A stretch of DNA of 64,000 bases. Origin: a virus. Lineage: Duplodnaviria; Caudoviricetes. Below, one piece after another: positions 44,581 to 53,922 of the stretch. Within the stretch, counting starts at the first letter, position 1. Each line of letters starts with the position of its first letter. The notes below the pieces were generated by a model. The model saw only the letters and a list, made by a program, of their open reading frames with translations. It did no database searches and had not been told where the DNA came from. The stretch lies in IMG/VR virus record IMGVR_UViG_3300044796_000401; one strand, written 5' to 3'. The position numbers and the translations under genes were made by a program.

Positions 44581-45354
44581 TTACGACTGCGGAATCTCCG
44601 TTTCTTTCGGGGCTTCCGGCTGGCCGGACTTGTCCCGGTCGGTGACCCAAGCGTCGGACCCGCCGCCTGCCGCCACGCGGGGAACATCTACTTGTTCTGG
44701 GACTTTGGGACTTCCGGTCTCGTCCCGGTCGGTGACCCAAGCATCGGAAGCACCGCCCGCAGCTTCTTTCTCTTCGACTTCTTCCTTCTCTTCGAACGGT
44801 TCATCGCCTTCCGCCTTTTCGAAAATCTCGACTTCGGGGGCCTCGCCTTCGGCGTCGACTTCCTCGACGATGTCATCGGCGACGTTCTCTTCCTTGACTT
44901 CATCCTTAAGATCGGTATAATCCTCAACAATGCCTTCGGCCTCAGCGGGCGCGGTTTCGAGGCTGACGCCCATCTGCTCGGCCGCGAACTCGATGTCTTG
45001 GGCGATGTCGTTCAACCCTTGATACGCTTCAACCAAGGCCTCTTCCAGCTTCTCCGGGCTCTCCTCGGCGATCTGGCGGAACTTCTTGCCGTATTCCTTG
45101 GCGGCGGCGACCCGTATCTTCAGCGGGGCTTCCCTGGCTGCACGAACCAAGCCGAGGTTCTCGCGGAGGTTCTCGATGCCTTCCGCATGGCTGGCGTACT
45201 TGTCGGCGAGCCGGATCAGGTGCTTCTCCAGCTTCTCGGGGGCCTTTGCGGCGACCGTGCGCATCTTGGCATATTTCCTGATTTTTTCGGTCTTGCGTTC
45301 GGCTTTGCGGGCCGCGATCTTTGCCCGAAGCTGCTTAGGTGATTGCTTTGCCAT
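44581..45354 (-). CDS. coiled-coil/acidic scaffold-like protein
   Basis: Start re-called at MAKQSPKQ (GAGG SD). Basic N-terminus, acidic middle and two GGxSDAWVTDRD repeats. Confidence 0.75.
   Translation of the reverse strand: MAKQSPKQLRAKIAARKAERKTEKIRKYAKMRTVAAKAPEKLEKHLIRLADKYASHAEGIENLRENLGLVRAAREAPLKIRVAAAKEYGKKFRQIAEESPEKLEEALVEAYQGLNDIAQDIEFAAEQMGVSLETAPAEAEGIVEDYTDLKDEVKEENVADDIVEEVDAEGEAPEVEIFEKAEGDEPFEEKEEVEEKEAAGGASDAWVTDRDETGSPKVPEQVDVPRVAAGGGSDAWVTDRDKSGQPEAPKETEIPQS
44632..44748. repeat. 27-bp near-identical direct repeat, 90-bp period
   Basis: gtcccggtcggtgacccaagc(g/a)tcgga at 44632-44658 and 44722-44748. Confidence 0.9.
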
Positions 45355-45445
45355 GATTATACCCTCTGTTTTAAGACTGCTATAGTTAAGAAACGACTTC
45401 GCACTCAAGTATTTTGAATACAGTCCCCATCTGTAGGGATTCAAA

Positions 45446-45931
45446 ATGAACAAACACAAACCGTGTCCTGATTGTGGAGACGACATCCCAGAAAACTTTC
45501 ATCAAGGTGCACACTACTGTAAGCCCTGTATCAGTAAACGCAGCAAAAATTGGCGGGCGAAAAACATAGGTCGTATTCGCGAAACCCATAGATTGCAGGC
45601 CCAGCGCTGGCGAAAGGATAATACTCATAGATACCGAAAATCCGATTCGGATAGAAGACAAAGAATGCGGCAAACATGCATCGTCAAACTTGGTGGAAAA
45701 TGCGTATGGCCCGAAGGCTGTTATTGGACTGACCCGAGAGCTTTGCAGATCGATCACGTACACGGGGGCGGTACCTCAGAGCGCAAACAACTAAATAGTG
45801 CCGTCGCTTTCTACAAAAAAGTTCTCGCGGATACTGACGGCAACTATCAGCTATTGTGCGCTTGCCACAATGCCATCAAGAAAATCATAAACCACGAATA
45901 CCATGCCAAAAATACCCAAGGGCACCTTTAA
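45446..45931 (+). CDS. HNH endonuclease (free-standing, antisense to the operon)
   Basis: CxxC motifs, LQIDHVHGGG and YQLLCACHNAIK. AT-rich. Confidence 0.8.
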   Translation: MNKHKPCPDCGDDIPENFHQGAHYCKPCISKRSKNWRAKNIGRIRETHRLQAQRWRKDNTHRYRKSDSDRRQRMRQTCIVKLGGKCVWPEGCYWTDPRALQIDHVHGGGTSERKQLNSAVAFYKKVLADTDGNYQLLCACHNAIKKIINHEYHAKNTQGHL

Positions 45932-48900
45932 CGATACTTTGTTCGTACAGACTCAAAAAACCCCTTCTTATCCGCAAAAATACCGTCCTCGTCGCTGCTC
46001 TTAAGCCGGGCGGAAGTTTTCATGGTCGTGTTCTCGGGCAGCCCGACTTGGCACGAGCCGTCGCCAACTTCCTTCATCATCAAGTCGCCGTTCGTAAAGC
46101 TCCAAACCGCCCCGCACTGACCGCACATCGCAAACCACAGATCGTCGGACGGTGCATCGCCGGGGTCCAATTCGCCGGATGACATGGGGACAACAGCCCG
46201 ATGTCCGCGGAGCTTGGTGTTGACTAGCTGTGTCAACTCCGCCGGGGGCTCCTCGTAATCAACGGGTTCATCGCTGCTCATGTGGAAATTCGGATTGGCA
46301 AGCTCGGGCAGGATCGTCTTCCTCATCGGCGCGTCTTCGCCCCGGCCGGATTGCGGGGTGATCGCGACCGCGGGCTGGCTCGGCTGGGCGGGGACAGCAG
46401 GCTGGGGCTGTTGCGCCTCGGGCTGCACGCCCTGCGACCGCTGGACGTTTTTCACCAGCATTTGCTGCGGGGTGACGGGACCAGCGCCGACTCGGTTTCG
46501 ATTGGCCCATTCGCCGGGCTTCCAGTCCCTCTTCGCCGGGTCGGGCTCGGCCTTGCGGATTTCTTCGAGAACCCCGTCGATCTTTTGCAGGTGCACGTGG
46601 ATTTCCTGCACGCTGCGCGCAAGGTACTTGTCGTCGGTGACGAAGCCCTCCAGCATCCGCTTGCCTTTTTCCAGCCACCTGTGAAACGCCGCCACGAAAT
46701 CCTCCGGCCGTGCGGCGGTCTTCGGCAGCCTGCTCGCGACTTCCGGTCCGTGCATCGAGCGGCCCTTGGCATTGAGCAGGTCCTCGATCTCCATCGCCAA
46801 GGGGTTGTTCATGCCTTCCCCGGTATCCGGCGTGCCTTCTTGCAGGCTGTGGGCGGCCTGCTCAAGCAGGTCGAGCAGCGTGCTTTCGAAATCGCCGTCC
46901 GCGCCCGTTTTGCGCGCTTTGGCTGGATCGTCTCCTTTCCTGACAATCTCGTTGTCGCCATAGGTAATATACGTTGCTGGCTCGCCGAGCCCGAAAACGA
47001 AATCCTGCAACTTCTGTTTCGCCTCTTCCACGGAACCGCACGGCCCGACTTGCGTGCCGAGGTTCAGTTCGTTGGAAGCGCCGTAGTCCGTCCATTCCCA
47101 CGTGCCTTCCCAGCCGTCGAGCTCCAGATGGCGGCTGTCGTACATCCCGCTCCATTCGATGCGGACTTGGGCTTCGAGGTCCGGCGTCGAAGCGCCTTCC
47201 TTGCGGGCGTGCGGCAGGCGTCCGGTGTCGCCCGGCGTGATCTGCGGGCGGATGCCGTCGTAGAAATCGTGCCCGATCCCGGCTTCCTTCTCGCCGTACT
47301 GCTTTTCCCAGTCCTCGTCGGACAGTTCGTCGGGCTTGCGCCACTCGATATGATTGCCGGTGATATCCTCGTACGCCTTCGCCGTTTCTTCCCATTGCTC
47401 GGACGTGACCATGGGTGGCTGCACGCGATGCGTGTCCAGCAAGTTGGCCAACGCTATCGATATGGAAGGAATGGGCTCGTCGCCGCTGGCGTAGTCGAAC
47501 GCATCCTGCAAAATCTTCCAGTCCTGCGCCGTGAGCATGCCATCCCCGCGGGCTTCGAGGAGATTAGCCGTGGCTTCGAGCAATTCCTTGTTCCCAAGTC
47601 CAAGTCCCGCTTTCTTTGCCTTGATACCCATGCTTTTCAACATATCCTTGTCCTCTTCGGAATAGCCCTCGGTCTTCGGTTCCTCCGGCTCCGCATAGAT
47701 CGTGCGCAGCTTTTTGAGGTCGTATTTGGAGAGGTATTTCTTCATCTCGTCCAAGGTCGTGCCCTCGGCGACAGTGGGCTCCCTGTTGGCAGCCATGTCC
47801 TTTTGGGACGCCTTCCACCCGTCGCTGTAAAGCCGCATGGCGAAGAGCGGGTACCTCTCGGGATACCACGGGTTCCTTCCCTTCCAGCCCAGCGAATCCA
47901 TGTAGTCGCGCATCCTGTCGAATTCTTCCCTTTGCGCTTCCCGCTCCTCTTCCTCGCGGCCGGGATGCAGGCTCTCATAGTCGGCGTCTTCCGAGCCTTC
48001 CTTCCGGGTATCCAATCCCAGGGGTCCAAGGACGCACTTGGCCGGGCGGCAGGCAAGCATCCAGTGTTCCTCGGTTGCGCCGGGCAATGTCTCGTTCCAA
48101 ATGGCGACGACTTCGCGCCCGGCAGCAGTCAAACTTTTAGCATACCCTTCGGCTTCTTCGGCGTCGCGCAAGAACGTCACGTCAAGCTGCTGTTTCTTGG
48201 CTTCGTTGAGCGTCATGGCTTTCTCTGCTTGGGCGGCACCGAGTTTTCCTGCCCTTGCCATCCCTTTGTTCATGCGCCATGCTTCGCTGCGTTCGACGCC
48301 CTCCATGTGGGGACCGCCGTTCTTGCATGGGCGGAGGTTGCATTGGGTGCATTCGAGGCACCGGGGGCAAACAAGGTGTTCCACGTCCGCCAAGCAATAT
48401 TGGCAATACTCTTTCCCCGGAACGGCTTCCTCGTATCCGCACGCGCTGCACATCGCCGCTTCATTGGGCGGGAGGACGTTCTCGCCGAACTCCGCGGTTT
48501 TCGTGTAGCGCTCGCGACATCCGTTGCAAACCTTGGTGTCCCCGATCTTCCCGCACGTTTCGCATTTCAGCTTGCCTTCCGGAGGTTCTTCGGGAGCGTC
48601 GTCGTCTTCGCTGCCTGTCAATGAACGGGCACCCGGCGCGAGCACCGGATTCGCCAGGATGCCGGGCTCGAAGTGCCCCGGAAGCAAGCGCCCGGCGTTC
48701 GTGAAATAGAAAGCCTTGTCCCCGAGCCAATCGGCGTCGGTCTGGAGCGGGATCGTCGGGTGGTCGTGCCCCTCGGACGATTCCGTGTTGACGTACGGCC
48801 TGTTGATGTCGCACTTGTCGCAATGGTAGATCGAAGTACGGCGCGGGTTGTCCGATGTCCAGCGGTGGACGAAGGCGTCCTTCACCTGCCGGAGCATCTC

Positions 48901-50091
48901 GGGGGTCAAGTTGGTCCCGTGGATAAGCTGCTTGGCGATTTTTGCGGAAGCCGTGCGTCCCGACGCCGGTTCGGGTTGCTCTTCGGCCGCGAGATTCAGC
49001 GATGCCAGCGACGCCTTGACCTTCGGCCGACGGCGGCGGAGCTTCTCCCTCTCGTGGTGGATGTTGTCGATCAGCTTCACGAAGATGTCGTCTTCGCCCA
49101 GGGTGCGGCGGTTCTCCTGGATGTACTGCTCAAGCAGCTTCGCGAGGCGGCCGATGTATTCGTAGAGCGAGGCGTTGCTCAATCGCGTTCTTTCCTTCCA
49201 CAGCGGTTCGAGGTGGCGGCGCGCTGGCATGTAGCCGGGGCGTCCCGTCCCCTCGTTCGGCGACTCCGTGGACTCGGACACCCACTCCCAGTAGATGTCG
49301 AACAGGGTGATGAACCACTTGGCGGACGTTTCGCTCTGGTGCTTCTTCAGCCACCCGTAGAAGCCGTCGCGGAATTCGCGGATGTCGTGCTCCGACTGGC
49401 GGATATCTCTCGGGATACCGTCGTAGAGTTTCGGCTGGGTAGCATGCTCTTTGGTGTCGAGGATGTTTAACTCCTCGCCCTCATCCCCCAGCTGCCACAT
49501 GCTGATCTCCTTCGGCTGCCGCTCGTTGATCCAGCCACGGATCATTTTTTTGCCCCAACTGAAAGTATCAATAAGGAACTGCGTAAGTTGCTGCGCCAGT
49601 TCCTTTTCCTTGTGTGGAAAACTCTCCTTGTTGCGCACGCCCTCGAATTGCTCCAGCACGCGGCGTTGTCCCAAATACGTGAATAGCATCTCATGAATGA
49701 GTTCGTCCTTCTCCGACGGATCAATGTTCCCTGGGAGTTTTTGCGCTACTTGCTTCTCTAAGAAACCCGCCCAATCATAGGGCTTGCCATCGGTTCCAAC
49801 CGGATAGGGGAGTTGTTGCTTGGAATGTTGCTGGTTAAATTGGTCTATGTATCCGAGGATATAGAGGTTGAAGTCCTTGTTGTAGGCGAGGTGGAATCTG
49901 ATCAGGCTTGCGAACTGGGCAAAGGCGGGGCTTACCGGAACTACCTCGGAGACCGGTCGGCCTTGCATGTCGGCGAAGCGAACGACAGTGCCATCGGAAT
50001 CGGCGACTTTGGATGCGACTCTGTAATGAACGCCGCTGATGTCGGTGACGACTTGCCCCGGCTCGTAGGAACTAAGCTTGTTGTTGGGCAT
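45928..50091 (-). CDS. very large modular protein (~1387 aa) with KxA-delimited modules
   Basis: Start re-called at MPNNKLSSY. N-terminal ~380-aa globular region, then short modules and Zn-ribbons. Confidence 0.75.
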   Translation of the reverse strand: MPNNKLSSYEPGQVVTDISGVHYRVASKVADSDGTVVRFADMQGRPVSEVVPVSPAFAQFASLIRFHLAYNKDFNLYILGYIDQFNQQHSKQQLPYPVGTDGKPYDWAGFLEKQVAQKLPGNIDPSEKDELIHEMLFTYLGQRRVLEQFEGVRNKESFPHKEKELAQQLTQFLIDTFSWGKKMIRGWINERQPKEISMWQLGDEGEELNILDTKEHATQPKLYDGIPRDIRQSEHDIREFRDGFYGWLKKHQSETSAKWFITLFDIYWEWVSESTESPNEGTGRPGYMPARRHLEPLWKERTRLSNASLYEYIGRLAKLLEQYIQENRRTLGEDDIFVKLIDNIHHEREKLRRRRPKVKASLASLNLAAEEQPEPASGRTASAKIAKQLIHGTNLTPEMLRQVKDAFVHRWTSDNPRRTSIYHCDKCDINRPYVNTESSEGHDHPTIPLQTDADWLGDKAFYFTNAGRLLPGHFEPGILANPVLAPGARSLTGSEDDDAPEEPPEGKLKCETCGKIGDTKVCNGCRERYTKTAEFGENVLPPNEAAMCSACGYEEAVPGKEYCQYCLADVEHLVCPRCLECTQCNLRPCKNGGPHMEGVERSEAWRMNKGMARAGKLGAAQAEKAMTLNEAKKQQLDVTFLRDAEEAEGYAKSLTAAGREVVAIWNETLPGATEEHWMLACRPAKCVLGPLGLDTRKEGSEDADYESLHPGREEEEREAQREEFDRMRDYMDSLGWKGRNPWYPERYPLFAMRLYSDGWKASQKDMAANREPTVAEGTTLDEMKKYLSKYDLKKLRTIYAEPEEPKTEGYSEEDKDMLKSMGIKAKKAGLGLGNKELLEATANLLEARGDGMLTAQDWKILQDAFDYASGDEPIPSISIALANLLDTHRVQPPMVTSEQWEETAKAYEDITGNHIEWRKPDELSDEDWEKQYGEKEAGIGHDFYDGIRPQITPGDTGRLPHARKEGASTPDLEAQVRIEWSGMYDSRHLELDGWEGTWEWTDYGASNELNLGTQVGPCGSVEEAKQKLQDFVFGLGEPATYITYGDNEIVRKGDDPAKARKTGADGDFESTLLDLLEQAAHSLQEGTPDTGEGMNNPLAMEIEDLLNAKGRSMHGPEVASRLPKTAARPEDFVAAFHRWLEKGKRMLEGFVTDDKYLARSVQEIHVHLQKIDGVLEEIRKAEPDPAKRDWKPGEWANRNRVGAGPVTPQQMLVKNVQRSQGVQPEAQQPQPAVPAQPSQPAVAITPQSGRGEDAPMRKTILPELANPNFHMSSDEPVDYEEPPAELTQLVNTKLRGHRAVVPMSSGELDPGDAPSDDLWFAMCGQCGAVWSFTNGDLMMKEVGDGSCQVGLPENTTMKTSARLKSSDEDGIFADKKGFFESVRTKYR

Positions 50092-51058
50092 ATTTGAACC
50101 GCTTTCCTTGCTCGTTGCTGAGCCAGTATTTGATTCGCTCTTCCGCGATCTTACAATATTCGGCATCCTTTTCGACACCCACAACCTCATCCCATCCCGC
50201 CAAAAGCGCCCCTATCATCTCTGATGCCACTCCCGAAAAGGGCACAAGCAAGCGGCGAGGCTTTACGCTGTTGGGCGGCAAAAGCAAAGAAGCAAGCCAG
50301 CGATTGAGTTCTATGGGCTTGATCGTGGGGTGGTCGTTATTCCCGCTAAGTCCCGCATTTTTTTCACGGATGCTTGCTTTGGCCACGTAGAAAAATCGGG
50401 ATTTTTCGCCGAGCATTTCCCCGGTCTCTTCATCCAGCATCGCATTTGCGGGATAGCGACCTTCGGGTTTGATCACTTGCGGCGTGTCGCCATTGGATTT
50501 TGTCATTCCCCACTTCTGTCCCGAGCTATCCTCCGTTCTTCGGTTCCGATTTATTGTCCGTAGTTGGGACGCATCCATTTCCAAGTCGATGGCGATTCGT
50601 CCCGCATCCACGTTCAAGGCTCCGCTGCCGAATCGCAGGGCGCAGGCATCATAGGTCAATCCCTGCCGGGGGGCGCGGAACATCAGGACAGGTTCCCAAG
50701 CTGGTTTGAGGGAGGGCGTCTTCCAGCCGTCGAATCCCTCCGCCTTGATGCTCTTGGCTTTCGGGAATCCCTGTCCGTGGAGCCACATCAGGGTGTCGAT
50801 CATCTCGAAGCCCGCGTCTTCCATCCCCGCCGCCAACCGGTGCCATGTGCGGGTTCCGCCGAACATCAAGCAAAGTGCGCCGGGATACAGGTGCGGAAGC
50901 AACGCTTGTCCCCAGACTTTGTAGTCGGCGGACTTGTCCCAGTCCTTGCCCATAAAGTTCAAGTCATACGGGGGGTCGCTGAGCATGGCGTGGAACTTTC
51001 CGCCCATGTACGACGGTGACCACGCAACAAATTTGGAGTTGACTACTTGATAGGCCAC
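50072..51058 (-). CDS. DNA N6-adenine/N4-cytosine methyltransferase (beta-type motif order)
   Basis: SDPPY catalytic motif near the N-terminus, GFPK, KPAWEP and HPTIKP, then a C-terminal LVPFSG SAM motif. Confidence 0.88.
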   Translation of the reverse strand: MAYQVVNSKFVAWSPSYMGGKFHAMLSDPPYDLNFMGKDWDKSADYKVWGQALLPHLYPGALCLMFGGTRTWHRLAAGMEDAGFEMIDTLMWLHGQGFPKAKSIKAEGFDGWKTPSLKPAWEPVLMFRAPRQGLTYDACALRFGSGALNVDAGRIAIDLEMDASQLRTINRNRRTEDSSGQKWGMTKSNGDTPQVIKPEGRYPANAMLDEETGEMLGEKSRFFYVAKASIREKNAGLSGNNDHPTIKPIELNRWLASLLLPPNSVKPRRLLVPFSGVASEMIGALLAGWDEVVGVEKDAEYCKIAEERIKYWLSNEQGKRFKYAQQQA

Positions 51059-51063
51059 GCTAT

Positions 51064-51978
51064 TTACCCCGCATACTCGAATTGCCTTCCGAAAAACTTG
51101 TATCCTTTCCCGATTGAACGCGAAAGGTTTGATCCGTACCCACCGAATTTTTCAACCGCATGAAGCAGGGACGGAAACACTTCTCCAGTATCAATGCAGC
51201 GGACGGACTTGCCGGGTTTCGGGGAGATCGTCAATGCTCGTTGTACTCCGTCGCTTATGTTTTTTCGTTGCTGTTCAGAATGCTTCTTACCTAAATGATG
51301 CTTTGTATTCCGCATCTGCAATGCCCATATTTTCCGGCGTTCGGGAGTCCACCATTCCTTGTGGCTTTGGGTTTGTTTCGCACGATACACCGGGTCAGCC
51401 CAAAACTTTTTGGAATGTCCGGATTTCCACTGTTTCCAAGCTTCGGACGCTTTACGGCCTTTTCTACCCCGAAGAGCGAGGGAAATTTTGGATTTCCATG
51501 ACAAAGAAAGAGGAGGTCTTTTATTTCCTAGTTTGGAAAGACGAATATTTTCTTTCCTCTCGGCACTAAAGATTGCCTTCTTTCCCAACTCGGATAACAA
51601 AGCTCTTGTTTCCGGAGAAGCTTTCTTACCAAGATGCGCGTTTCGATTTTTTAGTTTAGAAGCTTCAGAATGTTTGAATCCGTACATGCCGTCGCCGCCC
51701 TCGGTCATGTTGTATCCCTTCTTGGGATCGTTGGATTGATGCAAGGCAATGTGGAGTTTTTCCTTTTCGGAAAGCTCCTCAACAGTTTTAGCTCGGTCAA
51801 TTATTTCAATTCGGAAAGCATCTGGCCCGTATTTGCGGATGGCTCTGTGAAAATAACACGGACTTCCCATCTTGGCGGAATACTTATGATTCCGCCAACG
51901 CTGATCAACAGTTGGATGACTCCACTTGCCGATATAGACCTTGCTGTTGACCGTATTTGTCACACGGTAAATCAGCAT
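51064..51978 (-). CDS. GIY-YIG homing endonuclease with NUMOD3/NUMOD1 repeats
   Basis: LIYRVTNTVNSKVYIGK...AIRKYG...GYNMTEGGDG, HSEASK repeats and CIDTGEVF. Confidence 0.9.
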   Translation of the reverse strand: MLIYRVTNTVNSKVYIGKWSHPTVDQRWRNHKYSAKMGSPCYFHRAIRKYGPDAFRIEIIDRAKTVEELSEKEKLHIALHQSNDPKKGYNMTEGGDGMYGFKHSEASKLKNRNAHLGKKASPETRALLSELGKKAIFSAERKENIRLSKLGNKRPPLSLSWKSKISLALRGRKGRKASEAWKQWKSGHSKKFWADPVYRAKQTQSHKEWWTPERRKIWALQMRNTKHHLGKKHSEQQRKNISDGVQRALTISPKPGKSVRCIDTGEVFPSLLHAVEKFGGYGSNLSRSIGKGYKFFGRQFEYAG

Positions 51979-52024
51979 AACTTCCTCCAGAGATTCAAGG
52001 GCTAAAGTGTTGAAACTAAGGCAC

Positions 52025-52258
52025 TTAATCTTTCAAAGGGTCGTTAGGGTCATGATCAGTTGATCCGTCTTCGGCCAGCACGGACTTGAGTACCGAAAGA
52101 TACTCGCTGTGATCCGCGAAGGCTTGGGGGTCAAGCGTGCGCCCGGCCTCGCTCTCTTGCACCTTGTCGGCGATCTTGCGGCCAGCGAGGCGGGCGAACT
52201 CGACGCCGTAAAGCGAGTTCATTGCATCGTTGTCGATTTTTGCGATCTTCTTACTCAT
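52025..52258 (-). CDS. small hypothetical protein
   Basis: Start re-called at MSKKIAK; contains two KIA motifs. Confidence 0.6.
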   Translation of the reverse strand: MSKKIAKIDNDAMNSLYGVEFARLAGRKIADKVQESEAGRTLDPQAFADHSEYLSVLKSVLAEDGSTDHDPNDPLKD

Positions 52259-52344
52259 TTTCTTGGTTCTCCTAGCTAGGGATAGGCTCAAAAGCGAGCC
52301 CTACAAGGGAAAACGGTAGCTGATTTTTCTTGGGTTTGCAGGAC

Positions 52345-53922
52345 TTAGGCCCCGTAAATGGAGTATTTTCCGATCAGGGCCGCTGGCGGCACCGTCGAAG
52401 TCATGGCATCCTTGAAGGGCGGGTCCGGGATGTGGTAGGTGGCTTGTATGACCCCCTGCAAGTCGAACGCGCTGTAGCTGAACATCAGGTACCTGTTGTT
52501 GACGGGATCGAACGAGAACGAGACGATGTCGAGCAGGTCGCCGTCCACGTAGATTTGCATGTCGCGCCGGGGATCGAACGCCCCGAGGGCGGAAGACGTA
52601 TACGGCCCAGCGAGGGGCGAACAGTACAGCGCCAGCCTGCCGGGAAACGGGGCGTTGGTCCACAAGCCGGAAAGCGGCGTCACCACTTGCACCACGCTAC
52701 CGCTGCTTGACGCAAAAAGCCCTTGGGGGACGTAAATTGCCACGATGGCACGGGTTCCGGTATTCAGGCTGCTCGTGGTGTACTGGACGCTTCCCGCCGT
52801 GAGCGGCAAGCCCATGATGATGGGGACTGGGGGACTGATCCCGTCCAAGATAGCAATCGTTCCCGTAGCGGGTATGGGAGGCGAAGTCCCCGCCACACTA
52901 ATCGTAAAAGTGACCGGATCGGTAAACACGGATGGGTTCGTACTGCTTGTGACCGTGGTCATGGTCGGCTGCATGTAAGTGTACCCGTTCACCAATGTGC
53001 CGAACTGCGAATCGGGATTCGCGACGACGATATTCACCGCGCCAATGGCGTGCGCCGGGGTCACGCAGGTCAACTGCGTGGGGTTCACGAACACCACGCT
53101 CGTCGCGGACACGCCGCCGAAAGTAACCGTGCAGCCGCTTGCGAAGTCCGTGCCGAACAGGTTCGTGATCGCGGTTCCCCCGGCAATCGGGCCGCTGTTT
53201 GGCGTGCAGCCCGCGACGATCGGGGCGGGCGCAATAACGTAGTTAACTATATGCGAGAACTCCCCGGCTATGATCCATGCATTGTCAGGATTGCCGACGC
53301 CCTGAATCGTGACGACAAGGGCTGCGTTGCCCGTCGCCCCGATGCAAGCCCACAAGCTGGTTTGCCCTCCAGCGTCGTAAGTTGGGTCCCTCTCGACGAC
53401 ATCGGCAAGGTTGACGTAGATATTATTAGCATTGTCCGTGACCGTAATGCCGGAAAAAGGCGGATAAGTGTGGACGCCGTCCCAGCCGTTGTTGGAAGTT
53501 ATGTTGACGACAATCGTGTTTCCTGTTGTGGTCGGAGCCGGGAAAGTAACCGTGGCATCCAGCGGGATGGCCGGAAAGTTTGGATATGCAGGCTGTGCGA
53601 GGGGGGTTGCTTGGATGAGCCCCGGAGCATTGCCGTCCGTCTTGAAAAGGGCCAGGGCAAGCGCCAGAGGAAGAGACCCCGCCGAGTCCATGTTGGCTGT
53701 ATAGGTGGCCGCGCCCGAAGGCACGGATTGGAATACGAAGATTCCGGCTCCCGATTGCGCTCCTATGGCTGTCCAACCGGCCACCGGAGTGTAGAATGAT
53801 GCGGAGGTGCCGCCCGAAACGATGGCGAACTCCGGGTAGCCCGAAGGCGTGGCGGAAATCGCGGGATTCAGCGGGGGAACCATGACCGCCAACGTTGCGA
53901 CTTTGTCCGCCGTGCTGCCCAT
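52345..53922 (-). CDS. virion surface protein with IPT/TIG and Ig-like domains
   Basis: PNSGPIAGGT.IT..GTDF..G.TVTFGG...CVTPAHAIGAVNIVV.NPD (IPT/TIG); TTVTSSTNPSVF...VTFT (Big_3-like). Confidence 0.8.
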   Translation of the reverse strand: MGSTADKVATLAVMVPPLNPAISATPSGYPEFAIVSGGTSASFYTPVAGWTAIGAQSGAGIFVFQSVPSGAATYTANMDSAGSLPLALALALFKTDGNAPGLIQATPLAQPAYPNFPAIPLDATVTFPAPTTTGNTIVVNITSNNGWDGVHTYPPFSGITVTDNANNIYVNLADVVERDPTYDAGGQTSLWACIGATGNAALVVTIQGVGNPDNAWIIAGEFSHIVNYVIAPAPIVAGCTPNSGPIAGGTAITNLFGTDFASGCTVTFGGVSATSVVFVNPTQLTCVTPAHAIGAVNIVVANPDSQFGTLVNGYTYMQPTMTTVTSSTNPSVFTDPVTFTISVAGTSPPIPATGTIAILDGISPPVPIIMGLPLTAGSVQYTTSSLNTGTRAIVAIYVPQGLFASSSGSVVQVVTPLSGLWTNAPFPGRLALYCSPLAGPYTSSALGAFDPRRDMQIYVDGDLLDIVSFSFDPVNNRYLMFSYSAFDLQGVIQATYHIPDPPFKDAMTSTVPPAALIGKYSIYGA

